A program made the translations under genes and the position numbers. A stretch of 64,000 nucleotides of DNA from Candidatus Daviesbacteria bacterium RIFCSPHIGHO2_12_FULL_37_16 (GTDB lineage Bacteria; Patescibacteriota; Microgenomatia; Daviesbacterales; UBA10151), in assembly GCA_001776785.1 (NCBI GenBank), contig MFDF01000006.1, forward strand, positions 16,769-80,768, given 5' to 3'. Under the pieces are notes generated by a model, which saw only the letters and a program-made list of their open reading frames with translations, was not told where the DNA came from and searched no databases. This document shows, piece by piece, positions 19,057-29,041 of this stretch (its first letter is position 1; every line of letters begins with the position of its first letter).

Positions 19057-20784
19057 TTATTTCTTAAACTGCAACTTATACATCTCTTTTAATTCTTTGA
19101 CTGTTGTAGCGTCCTCAGCTTGTTTATCTTTTTCCCTAAATTTAACAAGCCTTGGGAAGCGCAGGGCATAGCCCACACCAGTTTCATCTTTGCCTGCAGT
19201 GTGGGTTGGGGACCTTGTGATTTCATCTGCTAAAATTTCTATAACTATTTCTGGGGCAATCCAGACAGATGGGGTCATAATAGAATTTATCCTGGCAGGC
19301 TTTTTATTAACTTTAATTTTGTCTGCCCGCTTGTGAATCTCCCTCCATTCTTCATCTGTTAAACCTGTGCCAATTTTTGAAACAGTTACAAATTCATCTT
19401 TATCTTTATCATAAACTCCAACTAAAAGTGCGCCTGCACCAAATTCTGCCCTTTTTCCTCTGCCAAAGATATAACCTAAAATTACACAGTCCACTGTGTC
19501 TTTTAATTCACCTGCAGAATGCCTTTTTTGTTTGACCCAGTTAAAATTTCTGGCACCTGCTTCATATTTTGAATCAGGCCTTTTAACTATTAAACCCTCT
19601 AAACCTTCTGAGATAGCTTCATCAAAAAGAGCCTGGATCCTTTCCGGCTTATCTGTAATTTCCCCGGGTTCTGCAATTAAAACTTCATTGCCATCAATAA
19701 CTTTTTCCAAAACTTTTATCCTTTCTGAAACCGGCTCATCCATTAAGGAACTACCATTTAAAAACATTACATCAAAGACCATGGCTTTTAAGGGCAGCCT
19801 TTTAACAGCTTCTTCTATGCCATGCTTTCTTCTTCTTTGGGTTGTTTCCTGGAATGGCAGGAATTCTTCTGACTGCGGGTTAAAGGCTAAGGCTTCTGAG
19901 TCTAAAATTGCAGTCTTGGCTTTAACCTGACTAATAACCCCTTTAATAATATCTGGAAACATTGGGGTGGTTTCTTCTAAATTTCTGGAAAAGAGTCTGA
20001 TATTATCCCCATCTTTGTGGATCTGGACCCTAAAGCCATCAAACTTTTTCTGGACATGGGCTGAGCCATCAAACTTTTTTATAATAGCTTCTGCATTAGG
20101 CAGCCTTTCAGCAAGCTGCGACCTAATAGGCCTGCCTACTGTAACATCTAATTTTTCTACACCCTTTAAACCATCTTTCCAAAGGGTTTGGCCAATTAAC
20201 CCCAAGTCTGAAACTTTGTTGTATGCCCCCTCTAAAAGTTTTCTTTTGGACTTATCCCCAAGTTTTGTGAGGGCAAAGGCATCCAAAATTGTTGGGTCCC
20301 CTATTCCTAACCTTGAGGTACCAAGTGGGACTCTGACTAAATGTTTTGCCTCAATTCCCGATGACTTTTCCAGTAAATTAGTTAGGGCAGATATTTTATT
20401 TTCTACTGTTCCATCACCTGAAAATTTGGCAATTTTTAAAAGGGAGTCAAAAATTTCTTTGATAGATTGGTCTTTACTCTTTTTATTGCCAGCCAGGTCT
20501 GCTGCAACACTCCCTAAGTCCCCTACTTTGCCATACATTTTAGTAATATCTTCTAAAGGTTTCCCATAAACCCTGGACATGGCTTTGGCAACAGATTTTT
20601 CTGCCATACCAATCTCTATTGGCTCATAAAAAGGTGCTACTCTGCCCTGGAGAAGATAGGAGATTATAGGAATTTCTTCTGCACCTGCTTTTTTAAAAAG
20701 TTTTGAGAGAATATCAATTAGGGAAAGCCTAGAGGAAGTACTCTCCAGTTTTTCAAAATATTCAGATAATTGTTTAAAAGTCAT
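19057..20784 (-). CDS. lig: ATP-dependent DNA ligase (archaeal/eukaryotic type)
   Basis: KFDGFRVQIH (motif I), EGLIVK, WVK.K, GTG.TD and LRFPR. Confidence 0.95.
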   Translation of the reverse strand: MTFKQLSEYFEKLESTSSRLSLIDILSKLFKKAGAEEIPIISYLLQGRVAPFYEPIEIGMAEKSVAKAMSRVYGKPLEDITKMYGKVGDLGSVAADLAGNKKSKDQSIKEIFDSLLKIAKFSGDGTVENKISALTNLLEKSSGIEAKHLVRVPLGTSRLGIGDPTILDAFALTKLGDKSKRKLLEGAYNKVSDLGLIGQTLWKDGLKGVEKLDVTVGRPIRSQLAERLPNAEAIIKKFDGSAHVQKKFDGFRVQIHKDGDNIRLFSRNLEETTPMFPDIIKGVISQVKAKTAILDSEALAFNPQSEEFLPFQETTQRRRKHGIEEAVKRLPLKAMVFDVMFLNGSSLMDEPVSERIKVLEKVIDGNEVLIAEPGEITDKPERIQALFDEAISEGLEGLIVKRPDSKYEAGARNFNWVKQKRHSAGELKDTVDCVILGYIFGRGKRAEFGAGALLVGVYDKDKDEFVTVSKIGTGLTDEEWREIHKRADKIKVNKKPARINSIMTPSVWIAPEIVIEILADEITRSPTHTAGKDETGVGYALRFPRLVKFREKDKQAEDATTVKELKEMYKLQFKK

Positions 20785-20863
20785 ATTGGAATTGTAACTA
20801 AAGTTTATTTTTTAAACAATTCTTACTTACAAATTATGAAAAAAATGTATAATCTTATTTAAG

Positions 20864-21502
20864 ATGACAGAGATTGCAGAAGTTGCTATTTTAGAACCAA
20901 AGGAATTGGAGGTGACACCCAAACAGCTTGCTGCGCTAATTCTTGATACATTAGAGATTGATAGTAGTGAAAAAGCTAAACAAATCGAAGCCTTAACTGA
21001 GGGTTTGGATCCTGAGAATGATTTTGACTCTGAAATCATAAACTCTGCAAAGAGAATGGTTGGTTCAATAGATAAAACAGTAGCGTTAGGAAGAGATGCT
21101 TTGGCTGGTAAACCAATCCCTATAGTTGAAAGAAGTGCTGAGAGAAGCTTTATATACTTAGGTGATGAACTGGGACCTGAGCCATCAGAACATCAAAAAA
21201 TAACAGAGTATACATTTGATCCCAATAAATCTACTGATAATGCTCATTTAGTAGATTTGCTATGTAGAACTTTAGAAAATAGTGTCAGACAGGATGCTTC
21301 ACCTATATTTGGTTACTCACAATTGTTAGAAAGAACTGCTGAGTCTGATGCGGTTAAAGATAAGTATGCTACTTTAGCAAGTCAGTCCATGAGTTTAAGC
21401 CAGGATACTCTGGCTTTTGAAAGAATGAGAGATGCTTCATTTGCTGGGAACCAGATTAATGTTGCTGCCCGAGGATCTGTACAGATTTTATCTCTTTCTT
21501 AA
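20864..21502 (+). CDS. Hypothetical protein
   Basis: 212-aa acidic ORF with TATAAT just upstream. Confidence 0.7.
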   Translation: MTEIAEVAILEPKELEVTPKQLAALILDTLEIDSSEKAKQIEALTEGLDPENDFDSEIINSAKRMVGSIDKTVALGRDALAGKPIPIVERSAERSFIYLGDELGPEPSEHQKITEYTFDPNKSTDNAHLVDLLCRTLENSVRQDASPIFGYSQLLERTAESDAVKDKYATLASQSMSLSQDTLAFERMRDASFAGNQINVAARGSVQILSLS

Positions 21503-21508
21503 AATTCC

Positions 21509-22585
21509 CTATCTTAAAACATAGGTTGCTTTTTTGGTACCGCCTGTTTTTCTGACTAAACCTTTTTGCTTCAGAAATTTTATCTCTCTTAAAACTGTGT
21601 CATCTGAAAAATCCGGGAATATTTTTCTAAAATCTTTATTTTGCATACTTCCATGCCTATGAAGATATTCCATAATTAACATCTGTCTTTCATTTAACTG
21701 GACTTGTCCTCCAAGTTTATTTTTAACATGGGTATCTGCAGAGATCCGCTGGACTCTTTCTTTAACCTTATTTAACTCAACTGCCACCCCTTTTACAAAA
21801 TATTCAAGCCAGGGAGTTAAGTCCCGCTCATGGGTATCCAAAACTAACTGATTAGAAACTGCCTGTAAGGTTAAATAATAATCCATTGGGTTTTCATCAA
21901 AATATTCTTCCAGTGAAAAAAACTTTCTGATGTCATAGTTATCCAAAAACATAATTAAGGTTGCCAGGGCCCTGGCAGTCCTGCCATTGCCGTCAACAAA
22001 AGGGTGGACCCTTGATATTTCATAGTGGATTATTCCAGCTTTTATAACAGGGTGCATATCTGCTGCCTCCTGCGAATTGATCCAGTCAATTAAATCCTCG
22101 ACTAAGTATGGAACTTCTGCTGCAGGCGGAGGAGTGTAGGAGATTTGTCCAGTAGCAGTATTTTTTATAACTACCTGTCTTAACCTAAACTGCCCAACTG
22201 CATCAGAAGGCAAAATTTTATCGGTTGCTACCCTGTGAATTTCTAACATGGTTTCTAAAGTTAGTTCATAAGACTTAGCTGAACTTAGCTGCTGGGCAAC
22301 ATTATCTAAAAACTTTAATACATTTCTTAAATTAATAACTTCCTGGACATCCCTGTCCCTGGCAAAAATGTCTTTGCCGTCTAAAACATCTTTAACTTCT
22401 TCTTCTGTTAACCTGTTTCCCTCAAGGTGGGTGCCGTGGTGGACTGTCCGCTCAAGCGCTTCTTTTCTAAACTTTGCTTCCCAGGCAGGAATAAGCGGGG
22501 CATTCATAACTATTTCCCTGGATGCATCTATCATCCCAATGTTTTTAAGTATTAAATTAGAAATCGTGTATTTAGGTACAAACAT
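21509..22585 (-). CDS. Fic-domain protein with C-terminal wHTH
   Basis: HPFVDGNGRTAR canonical Fic motif and an HTH-like tail. Likely start MFVPKY. Confidence 0.93.
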   Translation of the reverse strand: MFVPKYTISNLILKNIGMIDASREIVMNAPLIPAWEAKFRKEALERTVHHGTHLEGNRLTEEEVKDVLDGKDIFARDRDVQEVINLRNVLKFLDNVAQQLSSAKSYELTLETMLEIHRVATDKILPSDAVGQFRLRQVVIKNTATGQISYTPPPAAEVPYLVEDLIDWINSQEAADMHPVIKAGIIHYEISRVHPFVDGNGRTARALATLIMFLDNYDIRKFFSLEEYFDENPMDYYLTLQAVSNQLVLDTHERDLTPWLEYFVKGVAVELNKVKERVQRISADTHVKNKLGGQVQLNERQMLIMEYLHRHGSMQNKDFRKIFPDFSDDTVLREIKFLKQKGLVRKTGGTKKATYVLR

Positions 22586-22589
22586 ATTA

Positions 22590-22680
22590 AAAATCAAATA
22601 TTAAATAGCAAATATACAAATCAAAGATTAAATATTTTTTATCTTTAATATGTATTTATGATTTTTTATTTTTAATATTT
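22590..22680. repeat. Degenerate AT-rich 7-mer tract in inverted arrangement
   Basis: aaaatca-aatatta-aatagca-aatatac... followed by a roughly complementary T-rich arm. Confidence 0.5.
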
Positions 22681-23375
22681 CATTTATCATTTTTTCCAAG
22701 TCTTAATAAAAGCATAAGTCCTGCTGCCAGACCAATCAGTAAAAATGAAAACCTTTTGAAGATATCCAAAAAGACTTCACCCAGAGAATAAACCAGTATC
22801 CCCCAAAATGATGTCCAGACAAAAGTAGCTAAAATTGCAATTGTCAAAAATATTTTCCAGTTAAAGTTTATAGTACCTGCAGTTAGTGATAAAAAAGATC
22901 CTAAATTTGAATGAATAAATCCTAAAATTAATCCCCTTTTGCCAAACTTTCTTAAATTAGATTTTGCCAGAGTTAAAAAATCTGAATAACCCATCTTTTT
23001 AATTACATCTGAAAATCCAAAATAACCCAAAATATAATCCAAGCAATAACCTGAGAATGCTCCCAGTCCTGCTACTAAGATTACCAGTGGAAGCTCAGTT
23101 TGACCAGTGCGGGCAAAGACGGCACCAAGTGCCATAGCAACCTGTCCAGGGACAAAAAGGTTAACTAAAACTAAACTTTCTAAAAAAGCTGCCACAAAGA
23201 TAATTTCATAACCATATTTATGATAAAGTGAGGCAAAAGAATTAATGATCTCTGCTCCGCTTGGGATTATTCCCCTGACTATAAATAAAAATCCAATGTA
23301 GGCAATAACCAAGACCAGGGGGAAGAATAAGTCACTTTTAAAAATTGTCTGGATGTATTTTAAATATTGAGACAT
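22680..23375 (-). CDS. DedA-family membrane protein
   Basis: F..AFLES...PG, Y.LGY.G and SL.AG, with multiple TM segments. Confidence 0.85.
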   Translation of the reverse strand: MSQYLKYIQTIFKSDLFFPLVLVIAYIGFLFIVRGIIPSGAEIINSFASLYHKYGYEIIFVAAFLESLVLVNLFVPGQVAMALGAVFARTGQTELPLVILVAGLGAFSGYCLDYILGYFGFSDVIKKMGYSDFLTLAKSNLRKFGKRGLILGFIHSNLGSFLSLTAGTINFNWKIFLTIAILATFVWTSFWGILVYSLGEVFLDIFKRFSFLLIGLAAGLMLLLRLGKNDK

Positions 23376-23442
23376 AAGCTAGATTATTGCATATTTACCG
23401 CAAAAAATCATCAATTGCAAAATTTATGCTACAATTTTAAGC

Positions 23443-23727
23443 ATGGCACGGATAATAAAACAAAAGGAAAAGAACCAGGAAAAGAGGTTTCATACAGAGC
23501 TTTTGGAACAGCTTTTGACTTTGGCAACTTCAGGGTTTGGGCTAGTGGCAGCATTGGCCTGGAATGAAACTATACAGGGATTTGTAAAAGAGTTTATTGA
23601 ACCAAGAATCCCAGGCTCTGGGCTTTTATCTAAATTAATTTATGCACTTTTAGTGACGCTTTTGGCAGTTTTGATTACTTATCAGCTTTCAAGGTTATCT
23701 GCCCGTTTTCAACAGTCAAAACATTAG
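23443..23727 (+). CDS. Small two-TM protein (DUF5654-like)
   Basis: TSGFGLVAALAWNE and YALLVT. Confidence 0.8.
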   Translation: MARIIKQKEKNQEKRFHTELLEQLLTLATSGFGLVAALAWNETIQGFVKEFIEPRIPGSGLLSKLIYALLVTLLAVLITYQLSRLSARFQQSKH

Positions 23728-24736
23728 CCATACCAAAAGTTTTTTTTAAATAATTATCCCATTCAACAGTAGTTATTATAGTCTGCTGCAGTTTTGAAAG
23801 GTCTGCAACATGTTTTCTATGGGAGTCATCAAGTTCTGAAAAGATATCATCAAGCAAAAGAACTGGCCTATCTTTTAAAACTTGTTCCACATAATTTAAC
23901 TGAGTTAATTTTAAATCCAAAACTGCAGTCCTTTGTTCCCCTCTTGAGCCAAATTTTGAGAGGTCTTTTTCTTCCAGGAAAAAAGTAAAGTCATCGCGGT
24001 GAGGACCAATTAAGGAGCTTGCTGCAAAAATTTCTTTTTGCTGGTATTCTTTTAGTCTTTCCAAACTAACAAGATTTGGTTTATATTCAAACCTAAAATC
24101 TCCAAACTTTCTTTCAGAGGAATTTAAGAATTCAAAAAATGATCTTCTTTTTTCTATTAAAATATTTCCCAGTAAAATTTGCTGGTCTGTCCAAAATAAA
24201 AGTTCATCAATTTTACTAAAACCTTCCTGAATCCTTTTTAATAGCCTGTTTTTATTTATTACTACTCCTTCATAATTTGAAAGGGCTTTTTTATAAGAGC
24301 GATCAATTTGGGAAAGGACCTGGTCAATGTGGGACCTTCTTAAGGAGGGTGAGCCTTTAACTAAATTTATATCTTCAGGGCTAAACTCTATAACTACTAA
24401 ATTGCTTGAATAGTCAAAAACCCTTCTTGGGATACCATTTACTTTAACTCTTTTTTTTACTCCTAAGTCTGACTGGTTAAGCTGCATGGCAACCTCAAGG
24501 GTAGTACCATCCTTTAAAACACCTTCTACTCTTAAAAAATCTTCACCTTCTAAAATTAATTCCTGATCTTGTGTTGACCTGTTTGACTTAGAGGAGGCCA
24601 GAAAGTAGATGCTTTCCAAAAAATTAGTTTTACCCTGGGCGTTATCCCCTTTTAAAATAGTGATGGGAGTTTTAAAATTAAAATCAAGTTTTTTGTAATT
24701 TCTAAAATTTGTTAGTTTAATTTGTTTTAAAAACAT
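23675..24736 (-). CDS. recF: DNA replication/repair protein RecF
   Basis: NFRNY, GDNAQGKTNFLE, GPHRDD, GSRGEQR and LLLDDIFSELD. Likely start MFLKQIKL. Confidence 0.96.
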   Translation of the reverse strand: MFLKQIKLTNFRNYKKLDFNFKTPITILKGDNAQGKTNFLESIYFLASSKSNRSTQDQELILEGEDFLRVEGVLKDGTTLEVAMQLNQSDLGVKKRVKVNGIPRRVFDYSSNLVVIEFSPEDINLVKGSPSLRRSHIDQVLSQIDRSYKKALSNYEGVVINKNRLLKRIQEGFSKIDELLFWTDQQILLGNILIEKRRSFFEFLNSSERKFGDFRFEYKPNLVSLERLKEYQQKEIFAASSLIGPHRDDFTFFLEEKDLSKFGSRGEQRTAVLDLKLTQLNYVEQVLKDRPVLLLDDIFSELDDSHRKHVADLSKLQQTIITTVEWDNYLKKTFGMANVLTVENGQITLKADK

Positions 24737-24801
24737 GAAGTTGATGTTAGTTGGTTTTTTGATATCTTGCAATAAGTTTATATCAGTATTAATATATTTT
24801 T

Positions 24802-25017
24802 TTGATGCCAGAGTCTCCTAAGTTTATCCCTTTCAAAGATTTAGAAATGCGTCCCAGAATAGTTCAGCTGAATCAGGACGCAAATGGTCACCAATCTCCC
24901 GAATTAAGGATGCCCGATGGATTTGTACAAGATGGTTTTATGGATATGAGACCAAGGGTTTTAACACGCAGGTTAGAGTTGGCAGCTGCTGCAGAAGTAA
25001 GTTCCTCTTCCTCCTAG
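24802..25017 (+). CDS. Small hypothetical protein
   Basis: 71-aa ORF in an intergenic gap with an internal MRPR repeat. Confidence 0.5.
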   Translation: MMPESPKFIPFKDLEMRPRIVQLNQDANGHQSPELRMPDGFVQDGFMDMRPRVLTRRLELAAAAEVSSSSS

Positions 25018-25119
25018 TTTTATTTTAATAATTTTTAATGTAAGAACTAGTCTTAATGTTTCTACTTCTGGAAACTCTAGTAATGGAAAAAACCTCCTTT
25101 TATAAGAAGATTATACAAT

Positions 25120-25440
25120 TTAGTTCCTAGGGAATTTGATTAAAGTTGGAGCATTTACCCAACTCATGATTAATTTAGCGCCTTGCATAAGTGGAGAAAA
25201 TGGGGCAAGCAATTTTTGCCTAAGAGGTGCTACTGCAATTGCTGTATCTGGAATTGCCCGGCCATCCATTAATGCCTGATATACTGGTATCACCTGATCT
25301 GGTTCAACATCAGTAAACACTGCACCTCCTGCTTCAGGGTGCTCGAACTCTTCAATCATTTGTTCTGGCAGAATTACTGGATCTACAACTATTGTAAGGT
25401 TGCCTGGAGTTTTTTCGATAATTTCAAGATGATGAGACAT
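25120..25440 (-). CDS. Hypothetical protein
   Basis: 106-aa ORF directly downstream of the GT4 gene. Confidence 0.6.
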   Translation of the reverse strand: MSHHLEIIEKTPGNLTIVVDPVILPEQMIEEFEHPEAGGAVFTDVEPDQVIPVYQALMDGRAIPDTAIAVAPLRQKLLAPFSPLMQGAKLIMSWVNAPTLIKFPRN

Positions 25441-25449
25441 ATATTCAGT

Positions 25450-26649
25450 TTAGTCCTGTTTGAGATTTTTTTCAATCAAGTCTTTAATCTCTTTTTTAAA
25501 CTTTTCTTTGGAGAATCTTTCTGCATTTTTTTTGAGATCTTCTGATTTATACTTTTTATAGTCAAAGGTTTCTAAAACTTTTATTAGAGAATCTACATCT
25601 GCTTTATCAAAAAACTCACCAGTTTTGCCTTCAATGATAGATTCTAAGTATCCCCCAGCTTTTACAGCTATAACTGGAGTTCCTGCACTTTGGGCCTCTA
25701 CTGAGGTAATACCAAAATCTTCATCTTCAGATGCAACTATTAAAGCTTTACCATTTGCATAAATTTCCGGTAGATCCCCATCACTTATTTCTCCCAAAAA
25801 TTCTACACTTTTTCCAGCAAGTTTTTTTAACCTTTCTAGCTCAGGGCCTGAACCTGCAACTTTTAGAGGTAAGTTTAACTTTACCGCAGCTTCTACAATA
25901 ATTTCTGTCCCCTTCCCTCTAACAAGTCTACCCAGGGAAAGAAAATAATTTTTTCCTTTTTCCTTTTTACTTTGTACTTGTTCCAGCTGAACTGGCGGAT
26001 AAATCACAGTGGAGTCTCTTCTATCAGCGAGCTGTAAGCGAGCTGAGAAGCTCTGCTTATAAAACTTTTTTATATCTACAGGCGGGTATATTACTATAGC
26101 ATCTCTCCTATAGAATTTCTTTATTCGCTCCCTTACATTTTTTGAGTTGGCAACTAAAATATCAGGGCGCTGGGAAGTTTCAAAATCATAAATTCTTAAA
26201 AAGTGGTTTGCTATCTCCCCAGCAATCCTGGTCCACCAATGTTTTTTATAATTAAAAGAGGTTGTGTATCCATACAAATACCTGGGTGGGGTGTGAATGT
26301 AGCTTATGTGAAGAGCTTCTGGTTTTGTAATAACAGCTTTTGAAAAATATGTATTACAGGAGGAAATTACTAAGTCATAATCTTTTAGATCAAAACTTTC
26401 AAAGATTGAGGGTGCAAAAATCCTAAAAGGTGAAATTAATTTTCTACCAAATGGAAAATTTTGCAACCAGGAAGTTTTTATATCCCATTTTTTAACTCTA
26501 CCAGAGTGAGGACCCAATCCATTTAAATCCAAAAAGGCTGTAAAAATTGGAGCCTCTGGATACATTTCATGCAGAGCTTCCAAGACCCTCTCTGCACCAC
26601 CAAACTCTATTAAATAATCATGAACTAATGCTACTTTTAAATTTTGCAT
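25450..26649 (-). CDS. Glycosyltransferase family 4
   Basis: VHDYL..FGGAERV, HTPPRYLY and EDFGIT.VEA..AGTPV. Confidence 0.93.
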   Translation of the reverse strand: MQNLKVALVHDYLIEFGGAERVLEALHEMYPEAPIFTAFLDLNGLGPHSGRVKKWDIKTSWLQNFPFGRKLISPFRIFAPSIFESFDLKDYDLVISSCNTYFSKAVITKPEALHISYIHTPPRYLYGYTTSFNYKKHWWTRIAGEIANHFLRIYDFETSQRPDILVANSKNVRERIKKFYRRDAIVIYPPVDIKKFYKQSFSARLQLADRRDSTVIYPPVQLEQVQSKKEKGKNYFLSLGRLVRGKGTEIIVEAAVKLNLPLKVAGSGPELERLKKLAGKSVEFLGEISDGDLPEIYANGKALIVASEDEDFGITSVEAQSAGTPVIAVKAGGYLESIIEGKTGEFFDKADVDSLIKVLETFDYKKYKSEDLKKNAERFSKEKFKKEIKDLIEKNLKQD

Positions 26650-26676
26650 GAATAAATTGTAGCAGAATATAGAATA

Positions 26677-27684
26677 TTAAGGAGAAAGTAGGTCTATGAT
26701 TTGAGAAAGAAGTGATTGCTCTTCCTGCACAAGGTTTCCTGTTTGGGCTGAAACTATTGCAGTTATTTGGGTCTGAATTGGGATAAAACCAAGTAAGTTT
26801 TGATTTTTTACTCCTTTAATAGTGTAAACTGGCAAACCATTTAGTTCACCCAAAGTTATTGCATCCTGTACAGATGCAAGGGATGCTGACTGGGTGGCAG
26901 GAAGCTGTGAGATAACATTTGCTGCAAGCATATTTTTAACTGCCTGGTCAGGGAGGACTGTTAAAATTTTAACCCCTGCAGAGGTTGAGGCAATTAACTG
27001 GTTGGTGGCAAGGTCTATAGACAGAGGGAAGCTGCTTAAGGCCCCAAAGTTACCCCTGGCTATTGATAGTTTACCACCTGCTGTTGAAACTTTAATATCA
27101 TCTTTGTCTAACCTGTCAACAATTTTAAATATCTCTTCATCCTCAACCTCTTCCCCATCCTCTGTTTCCGCTTTTATTATTACCCTGCCATCTTTTAATT
27201 CATACCTTACTTTTATCCCGCCTGAATATATATCTATCCTTGACCTGCCATCATCTTCTACTTTAGTTTTAATTTTTTCTCCATCTGAAAATTCAAATTC
27301 TGATTCTGATTTATTTCCCTCTCTTTGGATTTTTATATTAGGGGTTTGGGATGGTTTGGGGGATTTTATAGAAGTAGGGTTCTCATTTTGATCATCATCT
27401 TCATCTTCATCCTCATCCTCATCTTTTGGTTCTGGAGTTTTAGCAGGTTCAGCAGTTTTGAAAGAGTCTGATGAGCTGCCTCTTGACCCGCTGCCTGAAT
27501 TAGAATCATCTCCGTCTTCACCTCCTTTGGCAAGAAGCACTCCTTTAACAGCACCTGTAGCAGAATCATATTCCCTGGAAATTTTTAACTGGGAGGCAAT
27601 AAAAAGAAATATAATTAAAACTATGGTAAAAATAGATAATAAAACTACAACCTGGGCAAAGCCTTTTTGGGAATTAATGGGCAT
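26677..27684 (-). CDS. Exported protein with pilin-like N-terminus and acidic/Ser-rich linker
   Basis: QKGF followed by a hydrophobic helix. C-terminal LLGFIP...VSAQTG resembles PepSY. Confidence 0.7.
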   Translation of the reverse strand: MPINSQKGFAQVVVLLSIFTIVLIIFLFIASQLKISREYDSATGAVKGVLLAKGGEDGDDSNSGSGSRGSSSDSFKTAEPAKTPEPKDEDEDEDEDDDQNENPTSIKSPKPSQTPNIKIQREGNKSESEFEFSDGEKIKTKVEDDGRSRIDIYSGGIKVRYELKDGRVIIKAETEDGEEVEDEEIFKIVDRLDKDDIKVSTAGGKLSIARGNFGALSSFPLSIDLATNQLIASTSAGVKILTVLPDQAVKNMLAANVISQLPATQSASLASVQDAITLGELNGLPVYTIKGVKNQNLLGFIPIQTQITAIVSAQTGNLVQEEQSLLSQIIDLLSP

Positions 27685-27720
27685 TTAATAATTTTAATGA
27701 AAAATTTTAAGTAATGTCAA

Positions 27721-28533
27721 CTAAATTTCTTTTAACACATCTATTAATTGATCAAATGAGAGTATTGTAGTTTTGGACTCTGGGGCTGAGCCACTCCCAC
27801 AAATTACCATGTGGTGGGATTGGTGCAGAAACCAGGAAGCATCAGGATCTAATTTTTTTAAAGCTTCATAGATTGGTCCTAAGTCTATTTCGTTGGGGGT
27901 AAAATATTGGACTGAATTGTATTTTGGGTCTAACATTAGAAAAATATCTGCCCCACCCATTTGTTTGCAAAAAGCCCTGGTGATAAATTCTGATTTTACT
28001 GCCACTGCTTTACCAAATTTAGATTCAAACTCAACCCTTCCCTCCCAATCCTTTCGGGCCATTTTTTTATTTTTAATTACTTCAAATAACCTGTCCAAAA
28101 CTTCTTCTCCAAGTTTTAATGATTTTAAAGAAGAATCCTGGTCAGTTGCAGGAGGCCTTAAAATTGACTGCAGCGAATATTCAGAAAAATCAGAAGTTGG
28201 AGCTTTGCCTGTGTCTATTAAATTATTCCACTCAACCAGTTCTTCCAGTGCAGCAATCTCAGTTTCATCTTTAACTAAATTTTTTTCTAAAACTTCATTC
28301 CAGACTAAAGAACCTGCAGACTGGCCTACTTTTTTCTCAGTGTGTTCATCAAATTTTCCCCCTCCTGTACCAAAATAAATTTTGTCCTCTGACTGGTCAG
28401 AAGCAGCATCCCTTGAGGCAGAGATAAATTCTACTTTTGCATCTTTAAAGTCAGGATTAAACTTTTTAAAAAGCCAGATGGCAAAAATGTCATCCAGATG
28501 AGGATTAGTGTGAGTTATTAGTATTTTTTCCAT
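27721..28533 (-). CDS. MYG1/DHH-like metal-dependent hydrolase
   Basis: ITH..PHLDD, GGKFDEH and N.IDTG. Confidence 0.65.
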   Translation of the reverse strand: MEKILITHTNPHLDDIFAIWLFKKFNPDFKDAKVEFISASRDAASDQSEDKIYFGTGGGKFDEHTEKKVGQSAGSLVWNEVLEKNLVKDETEIAALEELVEWNNLIDTGKAPTSDFSEYSLQSILRPPATDQDSSLKSLKLGEEVLDRLFEVIKNKKMARKDWEGRVEFESKFGKAVAVKSEFITRAFCKQMGGADIFLMLDPKYNSVQYFTPNEIDLGPIYEALKKLDPDASWFLHQSHHMVICGSGSAPESKTTILSFDQLIDVLKEI

Positions 28534-28933
28534 TTGTATTATTAATTTTTCTTTCTCTTATATGATGAAGTACATCTAAAGTTACAGCAGTCACTGTTAC
28601 AGTTGTTCCTGCAACAACAGCTGTCACTTCTGCAGCTTTTATTATCTCTTTTTTGTGTTTTTTAATCCATTCTTTTGGTCTTTTCCACCACCTGACCACC
28701 TGACCTTCTGGACCTAATGAGCATGCTTCAGCACCATCTACAACGTATTTTTCATCTTCATCATCAATAAGTGTTGGGATAAGAGCATGGTCATTATCAA
28801 TCATTTCATCTAAAGTTTTTTTAACCCCAGCAAGATTGGATCCACTATGATTTATCCTTCTTTCACCTGGCATAAATTCTATATTGGCTGGAAAATCTCC
28901 ATATTCATTTGGTTCTACTTCTGCAATTGCCAT
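28505..28933 (-). CDS. Hypothetical protein with C-terminal hydrophobic helix
   Basis: 142-aa ORF with an upstream -10-like hexamer. Confidence 0.6.
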   Translation of the reverse strand: MAIAEVEPNEYGDFPANIEFMPGERRINHSGSNLAGVKKTLDEMIDNDHALIPTLIDDEDEKYVVDGAEACSLGPEGQVVRWWKRPKEWIKKHKKEIIKAAEVTAVVAGTTVTVTAVTLDVLHHIRERKINNTNGKNTNNSH

Positions 28934-29041
28934 ATTATTTACTATATTATACTAAAACTATAGGTTAAAATCAAATTTAAAAGAATTGAAAATTATATTA
29001 CAGGAGTATTTAAAATAAAACAATACTGGTAAAATAATCTA

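Noticed and set aside
20864-21502. Histidine kinase (PIFGYSQLL resembles an H-box)
   Set aside because: No phospho-His at the expected position and no HATPase domain.
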